Shown piece after piece: positions 20,546-29,534 of a DNA stretch of 64,000 nucleotides (within the stretch, counting starts at the first letter, position 1; each line of letters begins with the position of its first letter). The stretch comes from Bacteriovoracaceae bacterium (GTDB lineage: Bacteria; Bdellovibrionota; Bacteriovoracia; Bacteriovoracales; Bacteriovoracaceae), in the NCBI GenBank assembly GCA_048270185.1, contig JBLWTJ010000001.1, positions 224,001 through 288,000 of the forward strand, in the 5' to 3' direction. Position numbers and translations under genes: made by a program. A model generated the notes under the pieces. The model was not told the DNA's origin and ran no database searches. It worked only from the letters and a program-made list of their open reading frames with translations.

Positions 20546-22138
20546 TTATTTGAAATCATTTGTCTTAAAGAATTCCACATCAGCATATTTTTCCGTGGCC
20601 AATTTTAGATCCCATTCTGTACGGTAAATAAAGCAAGGTCGATCTTTAATATCAAAGGCAATATTTGAACTATAACGCGAAATAAACTCGTCTTTGATCT
20701 TCTCATTTGGAAATTTAATCCATCGAATCCCGTTATAAGGAAAGCCCTCATAATCTCCTTTAACATTATATTCGTCTTCGAGACGACGCTGAACAACTTC
20801 AAACTGTAGTGCACCAACAGCACCTAAGATTTTCTCAGTCGAATTATGTCGTCTAAAAAGCTGAACGGAGCCTTCTTCTGAAAGTTGTTGTAACCCCTTA
20901 TCAAGTTGTTTTCCTTTCATCGGATCTTTTAAAAGAACACGTTTGAATAATTCTGGAGCAAAACTTGGTATTCCTGTAAATTGCATGATTTCACCATCTG
21001 TGAAGGTATCACCAATTTGTAACTTCCCTGAGTCGTGAATACCAATGATATCACCTGGAATTGCATACTCTGTTATTTCTCGATCTTGTGCTTGAAAGAT
21101 TAAAGGAGTGGCAATTTTTAATTCCTTTCCCGTTCTCGCTAGAGTTACTTTTTGTCCTCTTTCAAATCTTCCAGAACAAACGCGGATAAAGGCGACGCGG
21201 TCTCTGTGTTTCTTATCCATATTGGCCTGAATCTTAAAAACAAAACCACTGAACTTCTTTTCACTTGGATCGACCATGCGTGTCTCACCACTTTCAATTG
21301 GGGCCGTAATAACCTCACGCTTACCAGGGCCAGGAGCGTATTTTGAGAATGTATCAATTACTTCTTTTACACCAAAGTTATTAAGTGCAGAGCCAAAATA
21401 CATTGGCGTCATTATCCCAGCTAAGAATTCTTCTTCGTTAAATTCTGGCATAAGTTCTTCAATCATTAAGAGATCTTCTTCTAGTTTTTCTAGCAGGCTA
21501 GCTCCAACAAAATCTTTTACATGTGAAGCTGTTAAATCACTTGCATCAATGATTGTTGGACTAAATGGATCTTGAGCATCTTTAAAGCTCATAATTGTCT
21601 TATTTCTGAGGTCGTAAACACCTTTGAAGTCGACACCCGAGCCGATTGGCCAAGTCATAGGCACACATTGAATTGAACATGTCTTTTCAACGTCATCAAT
21701 TAGTTCAAATGGATCAAGAGCATCGCGATCAAATTTATTACAGAAGGAAACAATTGGCGTATCTCGCATACGACATACTTCCATAAGCTTCTTAGTCTGT
21801 GTTTCAACACCTTTTGCAGAGTCAATCATCATAAGAACACTTTCAACCGCTGTCAGTGTTCGGTAGGTATCTTCTGAGAAATCCTTGTGACCTGGTGTAT
21901 CTAAAAGGTGCATCGCTCGATTATTATATGGAAATGACATAACAGAAGAAGTAATCGAGATACCACGCTCTTTCTCCATCTCCATCCAGTCAGACTTAGC
22001 GTAGTTTCCTTGCTTACTTTTAACCATACCGACACTTCGCACAACTTGACCAAACCAAAGTAGTTTCTCCGTCATTGTTGTCTTACCAGCATCCGGGTGA
22101 GAGATAATTGCAAATGTTGCACGCTTTAAGTCTTCCAT
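20546..22138 (-). CDS. prfC: Peptide chain release factor 3
   Basis: FAIISHPDAGKTT, DTPGHKDFSEDTYR, FKIQANMD..HRDR. Confidence 0.98.
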   Translation of the reverse strand: MEDLKRATFAIISHPDAGKTTMTEKLLWFGQVVRSVGMVKSKQGNYAKSDWMEMEKERGISITSSVMSFPYNNRAMHLLDTPGHKDFSEDTYRTLTAVESVLMMIDSAKGVETQTKKLMEVCRMRDTPIVSFCNKFDRDALDPFELIDDVEKTCSIQCVPMTWPIGSGVDFKGVYDLRNKTIMSFKDAQDPFSPTIIDASDLTASHVKDFVGASLLEKLEEDLLMIEELMPEFNEEEFLAGIMTPMYFGSALNNFGVKEVIDTFSKYAPGPGKREVITAPIESGETRMVDPSEKKFSGFVFKIQANMDKKHRDRVAFIRVCSGRFERGQKVTLARTGKELKIATPLIFQAQDREITEYAIPGDIIGIHDSGKLQIGDTFTDGEIMQFTGIPSFAPELFKRVLLKDPMKGKQLDKGLQQLSEEGSVQLFRRHNSTEKILGAVGALQFEVVQRRLEDEYNVKGDYEGFPYNGIRWIKFPNEKIKDEFISRYSSNIAFDIKDRPCFIYRTEWDLKLATEKYADVEFFKTNDFK

Positions 22139-22331
22139 CTTTATTCCTAAATATAATTATTAACTGCAGCATATATAACACTTAATCAATTAATTGAATA
22201 GCTTACAACTAATCTTATTTATATTTTAATTTTAATCAAGTACTCAAGTTGTGCATAATCTCTGTAAACAATTTTATGTGAGATTAGTTAGCAATATTAA
22301 CTATTTAAGGAGTATTTATTAATTAATCAAA

Positions 22332-22357
22332 GGTAGCCTGAAACGGGGTCCAATCCA
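22332..22357. mobile_element. Solo IS3-family (IS2-like) terminal inverted repeat remnant
   Basis: Reverse complement TGGATTGGACCCCGTTTCAGGCTACC has the TG end and CCCC block typical of IS3-family ends and abuts a gene breakpoint. Confidence 0.5.
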
Positions 22358-23422
22358 CAGTGTCATACCCCTGAATATTCACAACCTTCTCATACACAAC
22401 ATAAGGCGAATGCTAATTTTAACTGTATGGATTGTCATATGCTTAAGAAAGCCTACATGGGAATCGATATGAGGGCCGACCATAAATTCGTTATTCCACG
22501 CCCTGATTATACTCTTAAGTATGGTGGTCCAAATAGTTGTACAAATTGTCATGGTGATAAGTCTAAGGTTGAAATGGATAAGCTCTTTAGAACTAAGTTT
22601 AATAATCTAAAAACGAAAGACTCTCTACTTGAAATTATTGGAGAAATTCAAAAAGGAAATTTTAAGAATAAAAATGAACTTCTAGGATTTATTAAAGATT
22701 CAAATAATGCGCAAATGAGAAGGGCCTATGCCATAAGTTTTCTACGTGAATTTCATAGTATGAAGGCCCAGGATTATAACTCGTTATTAAGCGATTCGTC
22801 TGTGCTTGTGGTTCAAGCGACTCTGGAGCTCTTAGCAAATTTTCCTGATATCAAACAACTCCAAGACAGTGTTTTAAAACTTACAAGTCATAAGTATAAA
22901 ACAATCTCATATAGTACTGATAGTATGCTAAAGCTCGCTTCTCTTTCTCGCTTCGGATATGTTGCAAAATCTCCCGCTAAATTTTACGAGGATTCAGTTA
23001 AACGCTTCCCATACTTTCTTCCAGCGTATGTGAATCTGGCCGATTTGCATCGTCAAGTTGGTAATGAGGCACAGTCTCTTCAAATATTAAAGGATGCTTT
23101 TTCTAAGAATCCACAAGATGCAAGCTTACTTGTGGCACTTGGAATGTATCATATAAGAATTAGAGATTATCATATGGCCATTGATCTCTTTGATTCGGCC
23201 AGCAAGTACGAGCCTGAAAATCCATACTTTCGCTATCTCTATATACTGACTTACAAAGAACTGTATGGTGCTAAGAAAGCATTTTCTCAAGCAAAGTTAT
23301 ATGAATCCAAATACGAGGGGAGTTTCCTCTTTAATCAATTACTATTCGCTCTTAGCGTTGAGCTACAAGATGTCGAAAATGTTAAATTTTATTCTTCAAA
23401 AATAAATAAATTTAGGCAGTAA
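22358..23422 (+). pseudogene. 5'-truncated multiheme cytochrome c / HEAT / TPR protein
   Basis: Frame extends upstream of the ATG as QCH...SHTQH...CMDCHM..YMGIDMRADH..PRPD..PNSCTNCH; first CxxCH is cut, no signal peptide, in-frame TAG at 22334. Confidence 0.75.
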
Positions 23423-23474
23423 TGGCATCTGTTAAATTTGCCTATGTAAATATTACAAAGGGCGTAGACGTAGG

Positions 23475-23503
23475 TTGTAAGTTCAAAATTAGCGTCGTAT
23501 AAA
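23475..23503 (+). promoter_or_regulatory. sigma70 promoter of candidate sRNA
   Basis: TTGTAA-N17-TATAAA. Confidence 0.6.
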
Positions 23504-23509
23504 ACGGGC

Positions 23510-23690
23510 ATAACTGTAGCAGGGATTGATGAATAAACATATTGTTAAAGTTGTGTTGTTGTTCTTTGTTCCCCAAATTCGTGTTAATTTTCGTGTTGTT
23601 GTTATTCTCGAATTATTCGTATGTTTTTCAATCTCTGCTACTTTCTATATATAAAAAACGCCAGTTTCATACTGGCGTTTTCTTTTTTTT
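23510..23690 (+). ncRNA. Candidate small RNA with long closing stem and GU-rich loop
   Basis: Own promoter and terminator; 14-bp stem 23516-23529/23628-23641 plus 7-bp stem 23535-23541/23620-23626; GTGTTGTTGTT twice in the loop. Confidence 0.6.
23653..23690. terminator. Bidirectional intrinsic terminator (candidate sRNA / gcvP)
   Basis: AAAAAACGCCAGT-TTCAT-ACTGGCGTTTTCTTTTTTTT. Confidence 0.9.
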
Positions 23691-23717
23691 CTTTATTTTA
23701 TTTATTTTTCGTCAATT

Positions 23718-26700
23718 TTATTTCGCTTGATGCTTTTCTCTAATCATTGCAATTACGTCATGAACATTTGTATGACGAAGTTTCTTTGGTGAGATTTCAT
23801 CTGTTGGAAGTTCCCATAACTTATTAAGTTCTGTGTAGAATTTTAGATTCTTATTGGCCCAAACTTCATCAACTTTTCCTACCGCAGTAAAATGAGGAGC
23901 TGTTTGTAATACTTCAGGTGAGTCTGATAGAACATTCTTAATTGCCACTAAAACTTCTGCAAAATCATCTAATTCTTTCTTTGTGAAAGATTCAGTTGGT
24001 TCAATCATTAGTCCGAATACTTCAGGGAAAGCAACAGTTGGGGCATGAAGACCAAAGTCTAAGAATAGTTTTCCTACTTTTGCTATAATCTGATTCTTAA
24101 GAGTTCCTGACTTTTCAATGTGTGAGAACATGTCATCACTAAGAGTAATGATGAACTCGTGCATTCTTGGTGTTTTATCTGCACCATGAGGTAGCATTGG
24201 ATATACATCTTTAAGTTTATTAAAGAGGTAGCGTGCACTAAGGACTGCTATTTCACTCATCGTTACAACACCATCTTGTCCTAAGGCCTTTAGGTAAGTA
24301 TAGGCGCGAACTTTGTGAGCTACGTTCCCATCATGGCGATGAAAATCTCCAATGCACTTAGATGCACGAACTTTTTTGAAGCTTCCATCAGCTAGTTTTT
24401 CTATTTGTGTACCAGGAATATAGTCGATAAGTTTATTACTTACTGCTACGATTGCATCACCTGGGCCTCCTCCACCGTGCGGAATTGTCCAAGTTTTGTG
24501 AAGGTTATTATGGCAAGCATCGACGCCAAGCTTTTCAAGTGAGACGATTCCCGCAATCGCATTCATATTAGCGCCGTCCATATAAACGAGTCCGTCAACA
24601 GAGTGAATTAGATCAGCAACTTCTTTGAAGTTTTCTTCAAAAACACCAGCTGTATTTGGATTGGTTACCATGATACCAGCGATTCTTTCACCATCAGTTT
24701 TAATGATCTCTTTTAGTTGTTCAAGATCGATTTGACCTCTTTCATCTGCATCTAGTGTAATGATTCCTACTTGTTTACCATCGACACGGCCTGGAACAAA
24801 TCCAGCAACAGCTGCTGTCGCAGGGTTGGTACCATGTGCTGAACGAGGAATTAGAATAGTATTTTTAACTTCTCCATTGCCTTTGTCTGCATGGTAGGCT
24901 TGAAACATCTTTATTCCGACAAGCTCTCCTTGGGCACCTGCAACTGCTTGAGTAACAACACCAGGTAGACCTGTGATGGCCTTGAAATCTTCTTGTATTT
25001 CATGAAGTAACTCAAGTGTACCTTGAGTGAATTTATCATCTAGGTCTGGGTGTGCCATTGTAAAGCCACTAAGACCTGCGGCCCAGTCGTTAACATATGG
25101 ATTATATTTCATTGTACATGAGCCAAGAGGGTAGATTGCATCATCTGGTGATACGTTTAAGCTTCCACATTTATCATAGAATGCTTTCACTTCTTCGAGA
25201 GGAAATTGTGCAATACCCGGAGCTTCTAATCGAAGATTATTAACAGGGATTTCAGGTAGGAAGATTTCTGCTTCTTCATTTTCGCTAAAATTCTTATTAA
25301 AGACTTCAATTAGTGCAGTAAGTTCTTCTTGTGATTGTATATCACCGAAAGATACTTTAAGAAGATTTCCTGCAAGTCCATGACGGCCAGAAATATTCTT
25401 TCCAATAACAATCTCACTACTTTTATTAATTAGTGAATCAAGATCACCTTCAATCTTTAATACAACTTCATTGTAGAATGGTGCTGCAAAAGCAAGCTCA
25501 ACACCATTTAGTCCTAGAACTTGAGAAGTGAAGTTAATTGCATTCTGCCTTGAAGTTTCAAGTTTTGCCGCAAGACCTTCGTCTCCAAGAGCTAGAAGTG
25601 AGGCACCTGCAATCGTTGCTACAAACGATTGATTTGAACAAATATTACTTGTCGCTTTCTCTCGGCGAATATGTTGCTCACGAGTTGAAAGAACCATGGC
25701 AAGACATTCATTATTATTCATGTCAACAGCGTTACCTACGTAGCGGCCTGCTGTTTGGCGAATTTCATTCTTATTCTTTTCATTAAAACGGATTCCAAAG
25801 ATTCCAAGCCCTGGGCCACCATAATTTGCATCGAGACAAAGGTGTTGTCCTTCACCAACGATCATTGTTGTCCCTTGTTTGTTTGTACCATAAACACTTG
25901 GCTTCTTCAGTCCACCTTTTGCAAGTAGCATCGGATCGATGATAGCAATAGAATAGACGTCGTGTTCTGTACACAGGTCTGTAAGTGCATCAACATCTTC
26001 TAGTAATCCTAGAGAGTTTACTTGGCCAAAGGCAAAGCAAGCAATGTCATTAGTTGATGTAATGATTTCGCGAGCTTTATCGATATCAATTAAACCGCTT
26101 TCTTTATTAATTGGAGCATAAATAATCTCAAGTCCTGTGTGGGCAGCATTTGTTTCTAATACACTTCTGTCTTGAGGATAAATGGCCTCACTAACTAAGA
26201 CTTTATTTTTCTTTTTAGCTAATCTAAGACCTGTCTTTAATGCTTCATATAGACAAGTTGATCTCTCATATAGAGACGAGTTGATAGCTTCAAAACCTGT
26301 TAGGGCAGTAAGGGCACTAGAGTAAATCCAAAGTGTGTTTAATGTACCTTGGCTTCTTTCTGGTTGGTATGGTGTATAGGCCGTTGTCAGTCCCCTAATA
26401 TTACAAACATAAGGAACAATGTCGTGAATTTTAAATTGTGGCAGCCCATCTCCCAAGAAATTTGTAGGGATGTTATTCTTCTTTGCAAGTTCATCAAGAC
26501 GCTCAACTAGTTGATCGTAAGATAGTCCAGCAGCTAGAGGAATCTTTTCACTGAACTTCACATCGTCTTTTATATGGTTGAATAATTCTTTGGTATTACT
26601 TAAGCCTAGGGTTGCTAGCATTTCTTTTATATCTTCGTCACTGGCGCTGATATAATTCTTTGCTAATTCGCGATTAATTTCGCCCTTTAAACTTCTTGGA

Positions 26701-26753
26701 TCAAAACCAAGAGTAGAAATTGTTTTTTCAGAAATCTCTTGTGAGTGTGACAT
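23718..26753 (-). CDS. gcvP: Glycine dehydrogenase (decarboxylating), single-chain fusion of GcvPA- and GcvPB-type subunits
   Basis: TAYTPYQPE, TREQHIRREKATSNIC, PLGSCTMKYNP, NLHKTW..PHGGGGPG, MIEPTES. Confidence 0.95.
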   Translation of the reverse strand: MSHSQEISEKTISTLGFDPRSLKGEINRELAKNYISASDEDIKEMLATLGLSNTKELFNHIKDDVKFSEKIPLAAGLSYDQLVERLDELAKKNNIPTNFLGDGLPQFKIHDIVPYVCNIRGLTTAYTPYQPERSQGTLNTLWIYSSALTALTGFEAINSSLYERSTCLYEALKTGLRLAKKKNKVLVSEAIYPQDRSVLETNAAHTGLEIIYAPINKESGLIDIDKAREIITSTNDIACFAFGQVNSLGLLEDVDALTDLCTEHDVYSIAIIDPMLLAKGGLKKPSVYGTNKQGTTMIVGEGQHLCLDANYGGPGLGIFGIRFNEKNKNEIRQTAGRYVGNAVDMNNNECLAMVLSTREQHIRREKATSNICSNQSFVATIAGASLLALGDEGLAAKLETSRQNAINFTSQVLGLNGVELAFAAPFYNEVVLKIEGDLDSLINKSSEIVIGKNISGRHGLAGNLLKVSFGDIQSQEELTALIEVFNKNFSENEEAEIFLPEIPVNNLRLEAPGIAQFPLEEVKAFYDKCGSLNVSPDDAIYPLGSCTMKYNPYVNDWAAGLSGFTMAHPDLDDKFTQGTLELLHEIQEDFKAITGLPGVVTQAVAGAQGELVGIKMFQAYHADKGNGEVKNTILIPRSAHGTNPATAAVAGFVPGRVDGKQVGIITLDADERGQIDLEQLKEIIKTDGERIAGIMVTNPNTAGVFEENFKEVADLIHSVDGLVYMDGANMNAIAGIVSLEKLGVDACHNNLHKTWTIPHGGGGPGDAIVAVSNKLIDYIPGTQIEKLADGSFKKVRASKCIGDFHRHDGNVAHKVRAYTYLKALGQDGVVTMSEIAVLSARYLFNKLKDVYPMLPHGADKTPRMHEFIITLSDDMFSHIEKSGTLKNQIIAKVGKLFLDFGLHAPTVAFPEVFGLMIEPTESFTKKELDDFAEVLVAIKNVLSDSPEVLQTAPHFTAVGKVDEVWANKNLKFYTELNKLWELPTDEISPKKLRHTNVHDVIAMIREKHQAK

Positions 26754-26839
26754 CTATTCTCCGTGTGTGTTATAAAGTAAGTGTCGTTTTAAGAGAAAGT
26801 TATAGCACGATTGGTACACTCCATCTATTTGATTTTTAT

Positions 26840-27667
26840 ATGAATACTGCATCAAAAGAAAATATTATTTTAGAGCTTATCCTGGCTCCTGGACATATTG
26901 ATTCAATAGAATCTCAGAACGATGCGTTGCATGGTTATTTGCTTCATTTAAAATCTCATAATATTGAGTTCAAAATAGTCAAAGAAGCGACAAACTCTCT
27001 TTACTTTAATTATGATGGTGAATTATCTCTTGTCGATCAAGATAAGGCCCACGTACTAAAACTTGATTGGGCCCGTGATCTCAAAACACACTTATCACGT
27101 AAGTATGCTCTAACAAAGGAGCCACTTTTTAAGGCCTTGAAGTTAAAAGGTGATGGTTTTGCTAGTAATTTTCTCGTTGACGCAAGTCTTGGCACAGGAA
27201 AGGATGCTTGCTTACTTTTAAGTTTCGGTTGTCACTTAATGTGTTTTGAGAGAAATCCACATGTCTTTGCCTTGGCCTTATGGGCCTATCAAAAGGCGGT
27301 TAATTATAAAGATTCGGCCATAGGTGATATTTTTAAGAATCATTTTTCATTACACTTTGGACAGGCCATTGATGCCGATGTAATTGATAATAGATTTAAT
27401 AAATGCTTCTTTGATCCAATGTATGAAATGCCTAGTAATAAGAAAGCAAAATCGGCCTTAAGCCGCAAAGAAATGGAAGTTTTTAAAAATCTCGTTGGTA
27501 AAGACGAGGATCAGGATCAATATCTTGCTTCTTTGTTGGAGCAATTTTCTCTTGTCTGCCTTAAGCGTCCAATTAAAGCTCGCACAATAGAGCTGACTCA
27601 GTCTAAATATCAGATGGTTAGTTTTAGTGGGAAATCAACGCGCTATGATCGTTATTTTCTGCCTTAA
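26840..27667 (+). CDS. rsmJ: RsmJ-like 16S rRNA m2G1516 methyltransferase
   Basis: DASLGTGKDA, FERNP, FDPMY, KRP, GKSTRYD; ATG at 26840 preferred over the 26720 start that overlaps gcvP. Confidence 0.75.
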   Translation: MNTASKENIILELILAPGHIDSIESQNDALHGYLLHLKSHNIEFKIVKEATNSLYFNYDGELSLVDQDKAHVLKLDWARDLKTHLSRKYALTKEPLFKALKLKGDGFASNFLVDASLGTGKDACLLLSFGCHLMCFERNPHVFALALWAYQKAVNYKDSAIGDIFKNHFSLHFGQAIDADVIDNRFNKCFFDPMYEMPSNKKAKSALSRKEMEVFKNLVGKDEDQDQYLASLLEQFSLVCLKRPIKARTIELTQSKYQMVSFSGKSTRYDRYFLP

Positions 27668-27755
27668 ATCACTCGCAAATTGATAATTAACTTGTTAATA
27701 TTTCAGGCGTTTAATACTAATTATTACTTGTAATATACAAAGAAGAAGGACATTC

Positions 27756-28526
27756 ATGGATATTGTCATCTCTCCTGCCAAAAAGCTTAATTTTGAACAT
27801 AATGAAATTGAAGCCAGCTTCGATCTAGAAACTCCAACCTTCATGGATGAGGCCCGCGAACTTGCAACAAAAATGGCCCGTTTAGAAAGCTCAGATCTAG
27901 AGAAAATGATGAAGCTCTCTAAAGCTCTTGCTGATCTTAATATCAATCGTTTCAAGAATTTTAAAAAGACTAATGATCTTGGTGCTGCAATCTTTAGTTT
28001 TGCTGGTGATACCTACCAAGGTTTAAATGCTAGTGAATTAACAAAGAGTGAATTAAAATATGCCAATAAGCATTTAAGAATTCTTTCCGGCCTCTATGGA
28101 GTACTCGCTCCATTTGATGAACTTCGTGCTTATCGCCTAGAGATGGGTACTCGTATTAATAGCGAGGGTCTCACTAATCTTTATAAATTTTGGGGTGATA
28201 AGATCGTCACAAAATTAAATGCCGATGCAAAGAAGAACAAATCAAAGTATCTTGTTAATCTTGCAAGTGAAGAATATTTTAAAAGTGTAAAAACACAATT
28301 ACTTGAGAGTGAGTTAGTAAATGTACGCTTTCTTGATTATAAGAATGGCCAATATAAGGTGATCTCTTTTAATGCAAAAAGAGCACGTGGAATGATGGCG
28401 CGCTTTATTATCAAGAATAAAGTAAAAGATATCGAAGGTCTTAAGGCCTTTGACTATGCCGGATACAAGTATACAGAATTTGATAAATCAAAGAATGAAT
28501 TGATATTTAAAAGAAAGGAAGAGTAA
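27756..28526 (+). CDS. yaaA: Peroxide stress protein YaaA
   Basis: ISPAK, LSGLYG, YRLEMGT, NLASEEYF, AKRARG. Confidence 0.95.
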   Translation: MDIVISPAKKLNFEHNEIEASFDLETPTFMDEARELATKMARLESSDLEKMMKLSKALADLNINRFKNFKKTNDLGAAIFSFAGDTYQGLNASELTKSELKYANKHLRILSGLYGVLAPFDELRAYRLEMGTRINSEGLTNLYKFWGDKIVTKLNADAKKNKSKYLVNLASEEYFKSVKTQLLESELVNVRFLDYKNGQYKVISFNAKRARGMMARFIIKNKVKDIEGLKAFDYAGYKYTEFDKSKNELIFKRKEE

Positions 28527-29525
28527 ATGAAGAAGTATGATGTTTACGGAATGGGAAATGCCCTAGTTGATATGGAGTTTAAAGTTAGTGATGAATTCCT
28601 AGCTGATCACGCAATTGAAAAGGGTTTGATGACACTTGTTGAAAGTGAGCGTCAAGAGCACCTACTTAAGGCCTTAAGCGGTAATAATGTAGGTCATTCA
28701 AGAGCTTGTGGAGGTTCAGCTGCTAATACAATTATTGGAGCTACACAACTTGGTGCAAAGACATTTTACTCTTGTAAAGTAGCTGATGATGAAACTGGTG
28801 ATTTCTACCGTAAAGATTTAGTTGCAAACGGTGTAAGTTCTAATATCGAAAATGGCCTATATGATGGTGATACTGGAAAGTGCCTTGTTATGATTTCTGA
28901 AGATGCTGAAAGAACTATGAATACATATCTTGGAACAACGGCAACTTATTCTGACCAACAACTTGATCTCGCTTCTTTAAGTGAGAGTAAGTGGCTTTAT
29001 ATCGAAGGCTATCTTGTTACTGGAGAAGCAGGAATTGCTGCTTGTCAAAAGGCACGTGATTTTGCTCGTAAGAACGATGTTAAAGTTGCGCTAACTTTTT
29101 CTGACCCTGGAATTGTCGGATTCTTTAAAGATGGTTTCAAACAAATGATTGGTGATCAAAAAATCGATCTACTGTTTTGTAATGATGCGGAGGCCATGTC
29201 ATTTACTGACACATCTTCTGTTGATGAAGCTTTTGAAGCGCTAAAAACTATTGCAAATACATTTGCTATTACTGTTGGTGCAAAAGGTGCGCTTATCTTT
29301 GATGGTCAAGAGCGTTTAGAAGTATCTGGAACGAAAGTTGAAGCAATTGATACAAATGGTGCAGGTGATTTATTTGCAGGTGCTTTCCTATATGGAATCA
29401 CTAATGGTTTAGGTTATAAGCAATCAGGTGAACTTGCTTGTGCATGTTCAGCTAAATTAGTTACTCAGTTTGGGCCACGTCTTGAAAAAGCTCAAGCTCA
29501 AGAGATTTTAAAATCTGTATTATAG
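28527..29525 (+). CDS. PfkB-family (adenosine/inosine-like) kinase
   Basis: GNALVD, GGSAANT, DTNGAGDLF. Confidence 0.92.
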   Translation: MKKYDVYGMGNALVDMEFKVSDEFLADHAIEKGLMTLVESERQEHLLKALSGNNVGHSRACGGSAANTIIGATQLGAKTFYSCKVADDETGDFYRKDLVANGVSSNIENGLYDGDTGKCLVMISEDAERTMNTYLGTTATYSDQQLDLASLSESKWLYIEGYLVTGEAGIAACQKARDFARKNDVKVALTFSDPGIVGFFKDGFKQMIGDQKIDLLFCNDAEAMSFTDTSSVDEAFEALKTIANTFAITVGAKGALIFDGQERLEVSGTKVEAIDTNGAGDLFAGAFLYGITNGLGYKQSGELACACSAKLVTQFGPRLEKAQAQEILKSVL

Positions 29526-29534
29526 GAATAATTA

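Noticed and set aside
23542..23730. 62-aa ORF MLKLCCC...
   Set aside because: TTG start without SD, runs through a strong terminator and overlaps the gcvP stop
26754..26839. Possible glycine riboswitch upstream of gcvP
   Set aside because: Only ~85 nt and no GGAGA/GAAG/CUCAGG aptamer motifs
27724..27737. TATTAC-TT-GTAATA palindrome upstream of yaaA as a LexA box
   Set aside because: TTAC-N2-GTAA matches neither the N3 palindrome nor the direct repeat at lexA, and is AT-rich enough to be chance
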